Part shown: piece after piece, positions 14,994-28,926 of the stretch | Layout of the letters: each line of letters begins with the position of its first letter | Numbering within the stretch: position 1 is the stretch's first letter | DNA from: Octopus vulgaris | Taxonomy: Eukaryota | Direction of reading: 5' to 3' | NCBI GenBank assembly: GCA_951406725.2 | Contig: OX597822.1 | Span: forward strand, 7,192,001 to 7,256,000 | DNA length: 64,000 nucleotides | Notes under the pieces: generated by a model | Told to the model about the DNA's origin: nothing | What the model saw: only the letters and a program-made list of their open reading frames with translations | Databases searched by the model: none | Made by a program: the position numbers and the translations under genes

Positions 14994-14997
<4 letters not shown>
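14781..14997. mobile_element. (TA)n-flanked fold-back mini-element with hammerhead-like motif
   Basis: Inverted arms at about 14846-14882 / 14962-14997; nested inverted CTGAGTTTCGGATGC / GCATCCGAAACTCAG. Confidence 0.7.
14896..14962 (+). ncRNA. Type I hammerhead ribozyme-like motif (CCGAAGA core variant)
   Basis: Stem I CAAGATAA/TTATCTTG; CCGAAGA; GATG..CATC stem II; GAAA-C-TCAGA-GTT. Confidence 0.6.
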
Positions 14998-15059
<62 letters not shown>

Positions 15060-15684
15060 CTGTGTCTGTGTGTGTGCGTGTACGTGTGTGTGTGCATTTG
15101 TGCTTGTGTGTATGTTTATTTGAGAACCTGTCGATCTGACTGTTACGAGTTTGCTGCCTACACATGTGAAGTAATCTTGACGAAACTTAGCATTCGTGTT
15201 AAACTAACATCCATTTCCATTATAGGCAAATTAGACTTTAAAAAAGTCTGTAATGGGATCACAAGCAGGATTGGGCTATTATTTGAGAAAATGAGAAGTG
15301 TGAAATAATGTTAACGTGATGGAAAAGTGGTGGTATATTGGGTGCGGCTGATATCAGGGAAGGCGAGATTAGCGTTGTGTAAACGATTGACATGGAGTGG
15401 CAGTAGGATGGTAACGTTAATACAGCTGTCATTCACACATATACACGTGACACTGGATTCCTGCATTCGTAAATACATAGATACATGCACACACACACAC
15501 ATACGCACAAGCACACTGCATACACATACACACAGACACATAGCTAACTTTTGAAACGCCGTGGGAGGGAAAGAGAAGTTGGAGTGAGGAATAGTCGCTT
15601 TAAGAAGAGTAGGGGTATGTGGCCTTTTTAATGCCCATTGCAAAGAAACACTCACATATTGAGACACACACGTACACAGATATA

Positions 15685-15796
<112 letters not shown>

Positions 15797-15874
15797 TGAT
15801 CTCTTGAGCACCACCAGCAAAAATATTTTTTTCCTCTGTCTTCCCTTCTCGGGATCTTTCCTTCTCCTTTGCTT

Positions 15875-15901
15875 CCGACGAAGAGCTCCGCTCGAAACGT
15901 T
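15875..15901 (+). ncRNA. Minimal hammerhead-like motif inside a (TA)n-flanked insert of about 220 bp (15794-16012)
   Basis: CCGACGA-A-GAGC-TCC-GCTC-GAAA-CGTT; stem I is weak or degenerate. Confidence 0.45.
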
Positions 15902-16008
15902 AAACACTCCTTCCCTTCTTTCCTGGGCGTCAAATGATACTTTAATTGTTCCACGTCATCGCGTTGGTGTGTTTTTTTCTGTTTTTTTCTGTGTTTTCTT
16001 GTTTGGGT

Positions 16009-16130
<122 letters not shown>

Positions 16131-16148
16131 TATTTATTATATAGAAGG

Positions 16149-16199
16149 AGCTTCTACAGGACTAGAACTGTTTCATTCAAGAGAAATCTTCAGGAAGCT
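16149..16199 (-). ncRNA. Type I hammerhead ribozyme (inverted copy)
   Basis: Exact reverse complement of 16696-16746. Confidence 0.8.
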
Positions 16200-16516
16200 A
16201 GTTAACAAGAATTGTATTGGCATTTATACATTTAGGCAGGTTTAAAGGGGTGGTGGTGGGGGACTTTTTGGGGGTAGGCATAGCGCAAAAATATCTTACT
16301 TGGGGGAGTGGTCAAGGAGTCAGTGGTAAATTAGATAAAAGAATAAATAAAAGAGTAAAAAAATATATAGAAGAATAGAGTTTTAGGTAAATAAGGAGAT
16401 TCTCACTTATACCTATACACATATGTATACATATATACACACACACACACATACATACACACATACATACACACACACATATATATATATACACATATAT
16501 ATACATACACATATCT

Positions 16517-16559
<43 letters not shown>

Positions 16560-16695
16560 TATGCATATACATATACACACACACACATATATATACACAC
16601 ACGACCACACATACATATACATACAAAAAAGTCCCCCACCACCACCCCTTTAAACCTGCCTAAATGTATAAATGCCAATACAATTCTTGTTAACT

Positions 16696-16746
16696 AGCTT
16701 CCTGAAGATTTCTCTTGAATGAAACAGTTCTAGTCCTGTAGAAGCT
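16696..16746 (+). ncRNA. Type I hammerhead ribozyme
   Basis: AGCTTC-CTGAAGA-TTTC-TCTT-GAAT-GAAA-CAG-TTCTAGTC-CTG-TA-GAAGCT: 6-bp stem I, intact core, GUA triplet. Confidence 0.8.
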
Positions 16747-16840
16747 CCTTCTATATAATAAATTAATTTTACTCTGCTATGTATTGAGTACCTTATTTAC
16801 TGTGGTTAACCCCGAATCAACCCGGGACCTACATATATAC

Positions 16841-17252
<412 letters not shown>

Positions 17253-17948
17253 ATATGTACATATACAAACATACATACGTACATACATATGTCTACTACA
17301 CGCCAATTTAAACTCATGATTACCTGTGTGCACATTTGTAAATTTGTGTGTGTTTGTGTGATTGTGCATGTGTGTGTATTTTTGTGTGTGTGTCATGTCC
17401 CAAAACTGTCTGTTTCTACTTTTCTAGGGTCTTCCCTGTTGCTCTCACATATTGTGGAATTTAAAAATTACGTCAATATTTTCAAATTTGTTATATTGAA
17501 TTAACTTTCCACGTTAAATCCGATTTCTTTCTTTATTTTTACCAGAAAAGTTGTTACTGAGTTTTAAAGTTTCTTCAATTTTACCAAATCAGAAAACAGG
17601 ATTTGGAAGCTGGCATCTTCAGCATGATGGTTGTTACTTACAGAATGAATGCAGAATCATTAAGAGAAGAAATCTTTATTAAACAAAGGAAAGCGAAGCA
17701 TAACAACGACCAAAGTTGTAAGGACTGCTGAAGGCTTAATAAGTTTTAATGAATAATGCCACATGAAACGGTCAAACAGAGATGTAAATAATCTAAAATG
17801 GAACAAAATCCACAACGAAGTTCTTTTACGAAAAATTGCACAAATCGTCCCTGACCAGAATGCCTATCTGTCGGGGTAGACATCATCTGACATGGAATGA
17901 ACGAAAATTTATATGAACAATGAGCTATTCATATACAATATAATTATA

Positions 17949-18333
17949 TCTCTCTCTATATATAAACGGCAGTTTGTCTGTGCGTGTTTCTGTGTGTCTG
18001 TTTGCTTGTACCCTCACCCTGACCACGGCTTTCAACCGATTCTGATGAAACTTGACACACACATAGCCCAATGTCATAATTCAAAACTAACGTAGCGAAA
18101 ATTGTGAAAAGTTCCCCCAGTTCTGAAAAAAATCGATAAATTCGACATGGGGTTGAGAATCAGAAACACAAACCGCAAACTGTCTAGGGGACGCAACTCC
18201 ACCTTTTTTCACTCTCAAAAAAAATTTACCATCATTTTTTTCCATTTATTTGCTATTTTTTGGCTATAACGCTCTAAAAATGCTTTATAGTTATTTCCCT
18301 TACAAACCTGAGCAACGCCGGGCGATACTGCTA

Positions 18334-18334
<1 letters not shown>
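17949..18334 (+). mobile_element. Non-autonomous Helitron
   Basis: A|TC start, subterminal imperfect hairpin CCTGAGCAACGCCGGG, CTAG|T end. Confidence 0.75.
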
Positions 18335-18406
<72 letters not shown>

Positions 18407-18424
18407 TGTGTGTGTATATGTATG

Positions 18425-18476
<52 letters not shown>

Positions 18477-18626
18477 AATATAAGAGAGTGTCCACTATGT
18501 GGTCGACTCTTGCGCTAAAAATAGATCCGCTATGGTCTCAACCACCAAGAATTGTTTTCCAGGAGAATTAGCACAACTATGAACGTAAACGAGCAGGACA
18601 AATGAAAAATAACATAATGTAGATTG

Positions 18627-18703
18627 ATTCTAGACAATTGTTTCGCTATTAATGAATTATGCAATTTTACTTACATAATATATCCATAGCTCATCAGTAG
18701 AAT
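18627..18703 (-). ncRNA. Minimal type I hammerhead ribozyme within a (TA)n-flanked insert of about 440 bp (18480-18920)
   Basis: ATTCTA-CTGATGA-GCTAT...ATAGC-GAAA-CAATTG-TC-TAGAAT; palindromic ACAATTGT; GUC triplet. Confidence 0.8.
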
Positions 18704-18926
18704 TTGTCTTAGTTACAATCTACTAAACCGCACGCCAAATTTTAACAAAACGTCAAACACACGTGTGGATTAGTCAATTATATTCGCAGTTATGATTCGA
18801 ATACCCTCGTTATAGCCCGCCAAAAATCCCGGAAACAAATACTGCATAAAAAATTAAATTGATGTTAAATTGATGGTATCATTAAATACATATCCAATTT
18901 TTTCACACTTATTTTATATATATATA

Positions 18927-18981
<55 letters not shown>

Positions 18982-19021
18982 GCACATGGCCGCAGCTCTG
19001 AGCTGGAACTTTAAAAAATAT

Positions 19022-19420
19022 AGGTGCAGGTGTGGCTGTGTGGTAAGTATCCGGCTTACCAACCATATGGTTCCGGGTTCAGTCCCACTGCGTGGCACCT
19101 TGGGCAAGTGTCTTCTACTATAGCCTCGGGCCGACCAAAGCCTTGTGAGTGGATTTGGTAGACGGAAACCGAAAGAAGCCCGTTGTATATATGTATGTAT
19201 TTATATGTTTGTATGTCTGTGTTTGTCCCCCCAACATCGCTTGGCAACCGATGCTGGTGTTTTTACGTCCCCGTAACTTTGAGATTTGGCAAAAGAGATC
19301 GATAGAATAAGTACTAGGCTTACAAACAATAAAGGCTGGTGTCGATTTGTTCTACTAAATGCGGTGCTCCAGCATGGCTGCAGTAAAATGACTGAAAGAA
19401 ATAAATGAAAAAATGAAAGA
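19022..19420 (+). mobile_element. Full-length tRNA-derived SINE family A
   Basis: TGGCTGTGTGGTAAG A box, GGGTTCAGTCCC B box, body, A-rich tail; other copies at 25037, 13650 and 1395. Confidence 0.85.
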
Positions 19421-19907
19421 AAATGAAAATACATACGACAGCAATGCATCCCGGCGTTGCCCGTGTGTTATGACCTAGAAGCACATTGTATTATTCGTTT
19501 CTCTCTTATGGATAGAAGCGGCTTAATACATATATAGTTGATGGAATAATGGCAGTTAGTTTTTGTTTAAAACTGAAGGTCGAGGGTACAATTTGCACGT
19601 ATTTGCATGAAAGTGCTTTCTGTTCTCAAGAAGGATCAGAAACTATGAATTGTTTCACCTTATAAAATGGAGTTAATACGATTTTGTCCAGAAATTACGT
19701 TTCCACAGTTTTAATTTCCCTCTATCCCTGCCACAATCTCTTAACTTGTAACTTTTTCAAGAGTTTTTCTTTTAAGCTATCAACGTAGAAAAAAGACAGA
19801 GATTACGAATCTGGGAAATATATATACACACGCACATACTCACACATACACACACACACACATACACACACACACACGCACACACACATACAGATATACA
19901 TTTACAG

Positions 19908-20038
<131 letters not shown>

Positions 20039-20189
20039 TATATAAATATATATATTTAAAATTAAATAAGAGTAGAAATTGATATTGATCAATTAAAACC
20101 AGTGGCCTAGTATATTTTGAAAATAACCGAAGATTAAAACTTTTTCTACATACAAAATTTAGGAGACTGACCGGTAAAAGTGGACAGCC

Positions 20190-20340
20190 TTTATGCTAGA
20201 TATAGGACGTTGAGCATCCTGTATCTAGTTCTGGAAATTGTGTTTTGTAAACGACAGACTATGCTGATGATCTTGCAATGTTTGCGTATCCATATACGTA
20301 AATATTAACAAGTGAAACTAGCAATCAAAAATCTAAAATC
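20190..20340 (+). mobile_element. Tiny LINE RT remnant
   Basis: gactatgctgatgatcttgca = DYADDLA (RT motif C) at about 20257. Confidence 0.5.
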
Positions 20341-21390
20341 TCCATGCCTTTTACTTTTGTCTGATAATTCTCGCATGCGCACAATTCTACTGAAGCATTA
20401 GACTTAAAAAATACCAGATCATCACCAGAAAACTCTACATGATAGAAACAACAGTTAAGCGACTTTATTTCTGAAAAAAGTTTTCTAAAAAGCTAAAACT
20501 GAAACATTGGGAGTGTTTAGCTTTTTGAAAGTGATAAGGTGATGGGCAAAATGTTTAAAGGCTCATGCTCTCTGTGGATTACCAAGAATAAAAATTTGAA
20601 AAAAGTTAAAAAAATTAATTTGGTGTGGAAAGGGAAGAAATTAAAATATTGAGAACTTGTTTTGTTTGTGTGTGTGGAATCCTAATCTTCTGTATTGGAA
20701 ACATAAGACTCGGAAGAAATTTTGGGTAAAAATTCGGTGGGGACGGAAATGTCATTTAGAATATGCTGGAAAGAAGAGGTAAAGGGCAGGATCTCTGGGA
20801 GAAACCCTCCTTTTAAGATTGCATCGAAGATCAAGTTTTTAAATACGCTCATCAGAGACATAAATTACACAATAGAAAAAATCATTTCAATTGGGTTTGA
20901 GCTGTAATTTTGCACGTGCGCACTGCAAGAATTAACAATTCGCACAGAAGTTTTATTTTGAGTGTGCGTATGCATATGTGTGTGTCAAAGGAAGTTATTT
21001 TATGGTATTCCTTTATTGGAAGAAACAATGTTGTCAACTCGACATAAATGGGATCATATGATGGTTAATTTCCGTAAAATTGTTTTAATCGTTGCATGCT
21101 TTGAAGAGAGCAGAAAGTGAAAGAGAGGGTAAAGTGAAAAGGCGACATTTGCTTTGAAGTGAGAGGAGAAAGTAAAAGAGAGGAGAAAGTGTAAGTTGTA
21201 CTTGTATATGAAATGGAAGTGTGTGTGTGTGAGTGAGAGAGAGAGAGAGAAAGAGAAAGTGAGTGTGTGAAGGTGTGTGTTGTGATATATGAATTTTTTT
21301 CCCATGTGTGTGCAAGTGGCACATAACACTCTCTCTCTCCCACACACACACACATACACCCACACTTCATCTTTCGTATACACGTACATA

Positions 21391-21483
21391 AACCGGGGAA
21401 GGTAAAGAATACGCACACTACCCGTTTTCGGCGTAACCCTACGCCTAAACGCCGGGAATGCGTATTCTTGACCTTCGCCCATT
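21391..21483. mobile_element. MITE-like hairpin element of about 90 bp
   Basis: GGGAAGGTAAAGAATACGCA ... TGCGTATTCTTGACCTTCGCCC imperfect terminal inverted repeats. Confidence 0.55.
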
Positions 21484-22103
21484 TATACATATGCAAACAT
21501 AATTTTTGTACGTGAGAGTGAGAGAGGGAGAGATAGAATGAAGCTGTATTTCCTCATAACATATGGAAAAAATGGATTTTTAATGCATTTGTTTTGGTTG
21601 TGGCTTATTTTACCAGAATACTTATGCGTACATTTTCACAACTGTTTGTCTGAGAATTCTACGCCTGTGTGAAACATCGCACAAAAGTGATTCATTAGGA
21701 GCAAATCAAAATATCGTCCGCAAATTGTCTCAAAATGGTGCTACCCAAGTTAGTTGCAGAGGTTATTTTAGCTGTAAAAATGTGTTGCTGATTTAGATCT
21801 ATCTAATAGTTTATTAGATAGATAGATAGATAGATAATAAGCAGCTTTCTTTATTATAATACACATGTGACGAACTCGGAGAAACATTACATTCATTATT
21901 CACACATCGTCACTCTCATAATGCAATATTTTGTTATTCTGGTTCAAATTGGAAGCGTGAAACTATTTTCATTTTGTAACGAAACCTGGGCGTTGTAGGG
22001 AATTGTATTTGAATACAAATAGCGTGTTATTGAGATAACGTAGATAATATGTAAATGAAAATAAACTTTATTTGACATATGTAATTGATTTGGTTGTTTT
22101 GGA

Positions 22104-22315
22104 AGGCGCCGAGCTGGCAGAATCGACCAGCATGCCGGGCAAAATGATTGACCGGTATTTCGCCAGTCTGTTACGTTCTCAGTTCAAATGTCACAGGGGT
22201 CAACTTTGCCTTTCATCCTTTCGGGGTCGATAAATTAAGTACCAGTGTGTCACTGGACTCGATGTATTCGACTGGTCCCCTGCCTCGAAATTTCAGGCCT
22301 CGTGTCAATATTAGA
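22104..22315 (+). mobile_element. SINE family B
   Basis: ggcgccgagctggcagaatcg...gcctttcatcctttcggggtcgataaattaagtaccag. Confidence 0.85.
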
Positions 22316-23070
22316 AAGTTGGTAAGAACAGAAGTCATTTGACGACACATTTTGTATGGAATTGGCTCTCCTGTTGCAGGTTCAATCTGAAGAATATTGA
22401 ATTCATACCCATCTTGTCCATTCCACGGAATAAGATTATACTAGAGAGTATTATAAGTGTGATGAATCTGTGATGTTTAAGGTTGTTATCTTGAATACGA
22501 ATGAGAATATCATGATATTCAATAGGATCACCAATCATAAGAATGGCTACTTCATTAGAGGAGAGCTCATTAAAACAGCGTAAACTGGCCTTTACTATAG
22601 TTTACTATAGACTATAGACATAACGAACGTAGAAACACACGCACACTCATAGAATTGATAATATTGAAAACAGCAAAACGTACACACATGAAGTTCAACC
22701 GAAACGAAAAGTAGTCAATATAGGTGGAAAATGTACTTTCTGCAGCATAGTTATACTATAAAAAGATGGAAAGTCACCAACTTAGCAAAAGTTAGTATGC
22801 GTCACCAATTTAAGGGAGTACAAAAAAATCAACATTTATTTGGAACAAGTACTAAATGTTATAAAATTCACGACTCTTACGTTCTGAGTATGTAATTTAT
22901 ATTCAATATTTACAATTTATTGTATCATGTGCGTGTGTGCGTGTATGCGTACGTGTGTCACATCCCCAAACTCTCTACCTCTCTACTTTTCTAGGGTCTT
23001 CTCTGTTGGTCTCACATACTGTGGAATTTTAAAATTACGTCAATATATATATATATATATACATACATAA

Positions 23071-23116
<46 letters not shown>

Positions 23117-23461
23117 CGTATTGAAATTATGAAGAGTGAAACTAGTAAAATTGAAACAATATAAACATGGGACTATATACTCCTCGAAGTTTTCACTTTT
23201 ATTCTTCGAGTTTTGAGACGTACTACTGAATCTGAGCCAATGTTGTATTGTTTTAATCTAAAGACTCTCCTGGGGTGTGATGGGATTGCCATGTAAAATT
23301 TGCTTCGATTTGGTTGGGTCGTTTGCGAATGCACTGGGAAAAGACACAGATACAAAATATCTTATATACATATAGATTATATTAGGATAAGAATATAGTA
23401 CACTATTATGTTTTAGAAATTTTAATTTCTGAATCGGCAATTGTATATCTCCATTTTCTGG

Positions 23462-23525
<64 letters not shown>

Positions 23526-23742
23526 GAAAGAATGGAGTCGAACGAAGATGTTAACAAAATTCCTTTACTCTCGATACATGTTTCGAAGACAGCATGTTCT
23601 CATTCCAAAGGAATAAAGGGTGCATTATGCAATCTTTCGGTTAAACGAATTTTCCATGCTGACGATAAACATAGGATAATTCATTCACCTACTTAATTCA
23701 TTCACCTACTTAATTCATTCACCTACTTAATTCATTCACCTA

Positions 23743-23781
<39 letters not shown>

Positions 23782-23784
<3 letters not shown>

Positions 23785-25026
23785 GAAGTATCGAACAGTA
23801 ATGCTCTCTGTGGAACAATCTCGTTATAGTTCAGCAACTCTAAGCCTTGACTCGTTGGTTGTGATCGTACTGTCACGATGTGCGTCTATGCTTTGCAGTG
23901 TTTTTCCTCTGTCTGACGATGTATGCGATGAATGAAACCAAGGAACGGCCTGCGTCCGTGAAATTCTGCTTTCTCCTAGGGAAAATTGCGGTTGAAAGAA
24001 CTGTTATGCTTCAAATATCTTACAAAGACGCAATCATGAGCAGAACGCAAGTTTACGAGTGGTTTACACGCTTTACAAATGGTAACGTGTCGCTCGAAGA
24101 CCAGCTTCGTTCAGGGACACATCGACCTCCCGAACGAATGAAAACACCTGGAATATTTATAAACTGATCTTGGAGGAGGACTGTCACCGAACAATTGACG
24201 AACTTGTTAATATGACTGGTGTATCCTGGAGCTCTTGCCAACGTATTTTGAACGAGGAATTGCGAATAAAAAGAGTTGGATCCTAAGTTGCGCCTCGCTT
24301 ACTCAGGGGAGATCTAAAGCAGTCACGACTGTATGCGTGCCTTGAAATGAATGCACAGTTGTTAGTCGAACCGGACCTGATTTTTGAAGGTCATCACTGG
24401 TGACGAAAGCTGGTGCGACGGCTATTACCCGGACATAAAGCAGTAAGCAAGTGAATGGAATCATTCAATGTCACCACACCCCCAAAAGTGCATTCCCTGA
24501 AGTCCAGTGTCTAGAAGATACTGATTTGTTTCATCGATGCGAAAAGAATTGTCAACGCAGAATTTGTTCTTTCCGGCCTATCTCTTAACCAGACATTTTA
24601 CTTGCTTCGAACCATTTGCAAGACGTCGTAAGACGAAAACACCTCGACGTGTGACAAAGTGGAGAGTGGTGATTTCATCACGTCAATGCTCCTGCGCACA
24701 CCAAAAATATCTTGACTCCGTTTACCCTCCCTCCTTATTCACCCGATCTTGTTTCCTGCGAAAACAAAAGTCTCCCAGACTAATAATAGTCCTTAAAGGT
24801 AAAGGTTTTGCAGGTGTGAAAGAGATGGAGAAAAAAAACGTGAAGGCTTGAAAAGGCATGACTTCGAATGTCTTCCAGGGCTGCATCGAAAAGAGGAAAA
24901 CGTATCTGGACCAATGCATTGGTTCAAATGGAGAAAACTTTGAAGACGATAAAAGTCTAAACGAGTAAAACTAAGTGAATAAAATAAGATCGTAAAGTTT
25001 CGCTTTCCTTTTGGTATACACTCGTA
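23782..25026 (+). mobile_element. Decayed near full-length mariner, related to the 11030 copy
   Basis: HTH region VKFCFLLGK...MSRTQVYEWFTRF, ITGDESW motif, 3' end ...tacactcgTA; long DNA similarity to 11030-12035. Confidence 0.85.
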
Positions 25027-25036
25027 TAGATATATA

Positions 25037-25185
25037 GGCGCAGGAGTGTCTGCGTGGTAAGTAGCGTGCTTACCAATCAAATGGTTCCGGGTCTAGTCCC
25101 TCTGTAGGGCACCTTAGTCATGTGTCTTCTTCTATAGCGTCGGGCCTACCAAAGCCTTGTGAGTTGATTTGGTGATCGGAAAAAA
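25037..25185 (+). mobile_element. 5' part of SINE family A
   Basis: Matches 19022-19170. Confidence 0.8.
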
Positions 25186-26578
25186 ACATTTTACACACAC
25201 ACACACATACATATGTATATATATATACCCAAACATATACATATACACAAAACTAGATCTCCTCCTTTCAAGAATTCCGGTTGAACCTACCTCACGGTAA
25301 AAAACACCAATGGCGGCTGTATCATTAGCTCTATCATTCATCAGATGCCACATATGAGAGGAGATTTAGTGAAAGTGCTGCACATCAAACACAGCTGCGC
25401 CCTAGGTTGGCTGCATGTCTCTAGCTGAAGTATATGATTGTATATATAAAATGTTTAAACACATCTGTATATTTGTGAGGCTATATCCATTGTTCGGCCG
25501 GCGCGCATTGACGAATTTCCAGTCTCACATTTGTCCACGGCTGCCCGCTACACTACACAGCCAGAATCAAATTGATATCCCAAAGAATACACATACGTCT
25601 CCAAAGTGACACGAACGTGAAATCACATTGTCATGTGGATATGCAATGAAGGAAAGTCATATACTATAAAATACCACATAGGTCTAATATGTGGACATAT
25701 ACAGATGTATACATTTGATGCTACTCATAAAATATCTGTAATAATACACACATGGGCACACACAAACGTTTACCATTGGAATGCGTACAATTTATGTTTG
25801 GTAATCATATACCCGAGAGTACAAACCTCACTTTACAAATATGCACAAAAGCTATCTATCTTTACGTCTGAGTATCCGTGTGTCTACTTCAGTTTGTCCA
25901 TGTTTCCTTCTCTGTCTCTTTGTTTCCCAGTCCCTCTGCGTCTCTTTGACATTTTTTAACAAGTATTTCTGATGTTCCACACTGTTTAAATGTATTTCTT
26001 CTTTTCTTTCAATATCTTTCTCTATATCCACTGATATCTGACAGAATATCGGTGAGGCTGCCTACGTCCGTGTACGTCCGTGTACATCTATATCATAATG
26101 CTTGTTTGCCGGAGTTTCCCTGTCTCTCGCTTCTTATCTTTATATGTCTACCGCTTTCTGAGTATATGTTTTTTTTTATGACAAGCCCCCCCTCTCTATC
26201 TATCTATTTATGTTTCTGTCGTCCTTTCTTTTAACTTCATTTTGCTGTTCTGTTCCACGATCTCTCTCTTGTCATATTCAAACATAAGAACTGCAACCTA
26301 AAGCAAACTGTATTTTCCTTAATAGACATATATTCATTCGTCTTGCAAATGTGTTCAGCATAATGATGAGTTGATTTGATTTACGTAATATCATGAAAAC
26401 TGCAGCCGGGCCATGCTATCATGTAGAAACTTAGAGAATATAAATGAACATGGACTATATCACGATGGTGTTCTTTTAACACAGTGATCAAAGGTATACG
26501 TGCATGTATTATGTATCTGTTGTGTGCGTACTTGTGTGTCTATGTGTGTATCGTGTTTGATCTCTCTTTGTATGTCTG

Positions 26579-26615
<37 letters not shown>

Positions 26616-26616
26616 G

Positions 26617-26652
<36 letters not shown>

Positions 26653-28453
26653 GCACAAATGCGTACGCGCACACACATATTCATCTCAGTGTTTCTACCA
26701 GATTTTCACATGTTATATACTACTTATCACTTTTCACTTGGCATAGCTCTAGCTTTCAGTGAGAAATGTTTACCTGATGCCTAACAGCCTCTCCTGAACG
26801 GACGCCAGTCCGTCGTAGGGCTACCAATTTACAGCTGTGTGGCAAAGAACAACTTTCGCTCAAGAACAACGCACAGCTAATCAGAGAACCGAAACCAGAT
26901 CTTGCGATCATTACAGCAGTACTCTCATCATTAGGCCACGCCCCTTCGTTTATACATGTATGCACAACATATAAATTGACATATATACATGCATTCGATC
27001 ACACACGGACACACAGTTACATTTATTTATATAATTATATGTAGCCAAGTCATATGACAGCCATGTGGTAATATGGTCATGTGATATTTCGCAGCTATAT
27101 GTAAAAGTTGAAATGATAGCGAAATTGATTCTTTATTTCATCGTGTTATTATTTTCTTTTCATTTTTGGCTCTTAAGTGCTCAACAAACATGAATTAGGA
27201 AAGATAATGACTTTTCTCTGACGATTGTTTTAGAAGTAGTCTATTGAAAGCTGCATTACCCATTATAATTTTCATTACGAGAATCTTCTGATATGATTTG
27301 AGGGGAAATTGGCAGCTATTTCTTAGAGTTTCCATGGATGCAAACATAAAAAAAAATCCATTGATTGCAAATGTACATGCGGAAGGCAAAGATCAAACTG
27401 TAATTTGAAATTCTCTACTCGTTTCGAGAAAATGTATAGTTATCTCCAAGGGACTAGCTAAATGTAAGCTGAATAAGTAATTTGATGCATGAAACAAATA
27501 TTGTCAGAATTAGATGACAAATGTCTGTTAAGAATTTCAGGAAATTGTAAGGATATGAAGTCAATAAAAAATGTTGAAAATTAAGAATAATATAAAAAAA
27601 ATATAAATAAAAAGGGAAAGAGGTGCTGAAGTAATGAGGTGAAAAGAATGGTACTTTTAATAATAAGGAAATGCGGACAAATAGGAAGAGAAGAAACAAT
27701 AGAGAAAGAAATCGGAAGGATTAAAATTTTGAGCTAAAAATATAAAAGTATGTATAAACGAGAGAACTGAAATGGGAGAAGAAGAAGAAGGAGTCTCAGA
27801 ATCATCAGAAATAAAAATAAAAAAGAAGGTAAAAATATCTAAGTGGACTAAAAAGAACAAAGAAAGTGATGCAAATGACAGAAGGGCAGAAATGAGTGAT
27901 GTATATACAATATTCCGAAAAAGAAGAAAAACGAAAAAAGTATTATTGGAAGAAATAAAATCAGGAAATAAACGGAGATGACGATGGAGAGAATTCAAGA
28001 ATGATAAATTGTCGGAGAAAATAGACAAGAAAATACAGTAAAATGAATGAAACTTTTAATGTTATAATCAAAAGTACAAGAAAAATAATAATAAATGAAG
28101 GAAAAAATAACAAAGAAAAAAGTAAAATAGAGAAATGATAGGGAAAAAATCGCAGTAAAGGTATGGGGAAAAAAACCAAGCAGCTTTCTTTCATACGTTG
28201 TACACAATATGTGTCAGTGTAGAAGAATACATCTAACAATTTTGTCGTGCACTTCATGAAAACTAAGACACGAGACTGGTATGTGAATAGGTGTATATTC
28301 CCTTGGCGTTCAAGTCGAAATGAAACAGTACCATATAATGAGTTAGATGATGTACTTTATTTCAAACACGCAACTAATTACACAAATATATATATGTATG
28401 CATGTTTGAATGTATGTATATATGTATGTCTATCTAGTTATACACATGTATAC

Positions 28454-28493
<40 letters not shown>

Positions 28494-28517
28494 ATCTATA
28501 TGTATGCATTTATATAT

Positions 28518-28586
<69 letters not shown>

Positions 28587-28926
28587 AATATATATATATA
28601 TATTTATATATATATAAATATATATATATATATGCATATAAATATATATATATATATATATATATTTGTATATATTTATATATAAATATATATATATATA
28701 TATATACATATATATACATATATATATATATATAGATAGATACATAATATGTATATGTAGATTTATGTATATATGTATTATTTCTCTTTCCCTTAACGTA
28801 TTCCCCAAGGGAAAGATATGGAATTTTATATTATACGTAGAGAGAAAGAAAAATAATAGAATGCCAAATAGAAAAAAAAAATTGATAACTAAATGATCAA
28901 AGCAAAACTGAAAGAAACTAGGCCAA

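Larger units (their letters stand above)
16132..16832. mobile_element. PLE-like mini-element with about 139 bp inverted repeats (16132-16270 / 16624-16763), each carrying a hammerhead
   Basis: Arms are essentially identical reverse complements; tail 16764-16832 is on the right arm only; (TA)n flanks. Confidence 0.85.

Noticed and set aside
20263-20272. CTGATGA hammerhead-core match (also near 18042 and 35512)
   Set aside because: No compatible stems or GAAA-NUH; at 20263 it is the YADD codons of a LINE RT.
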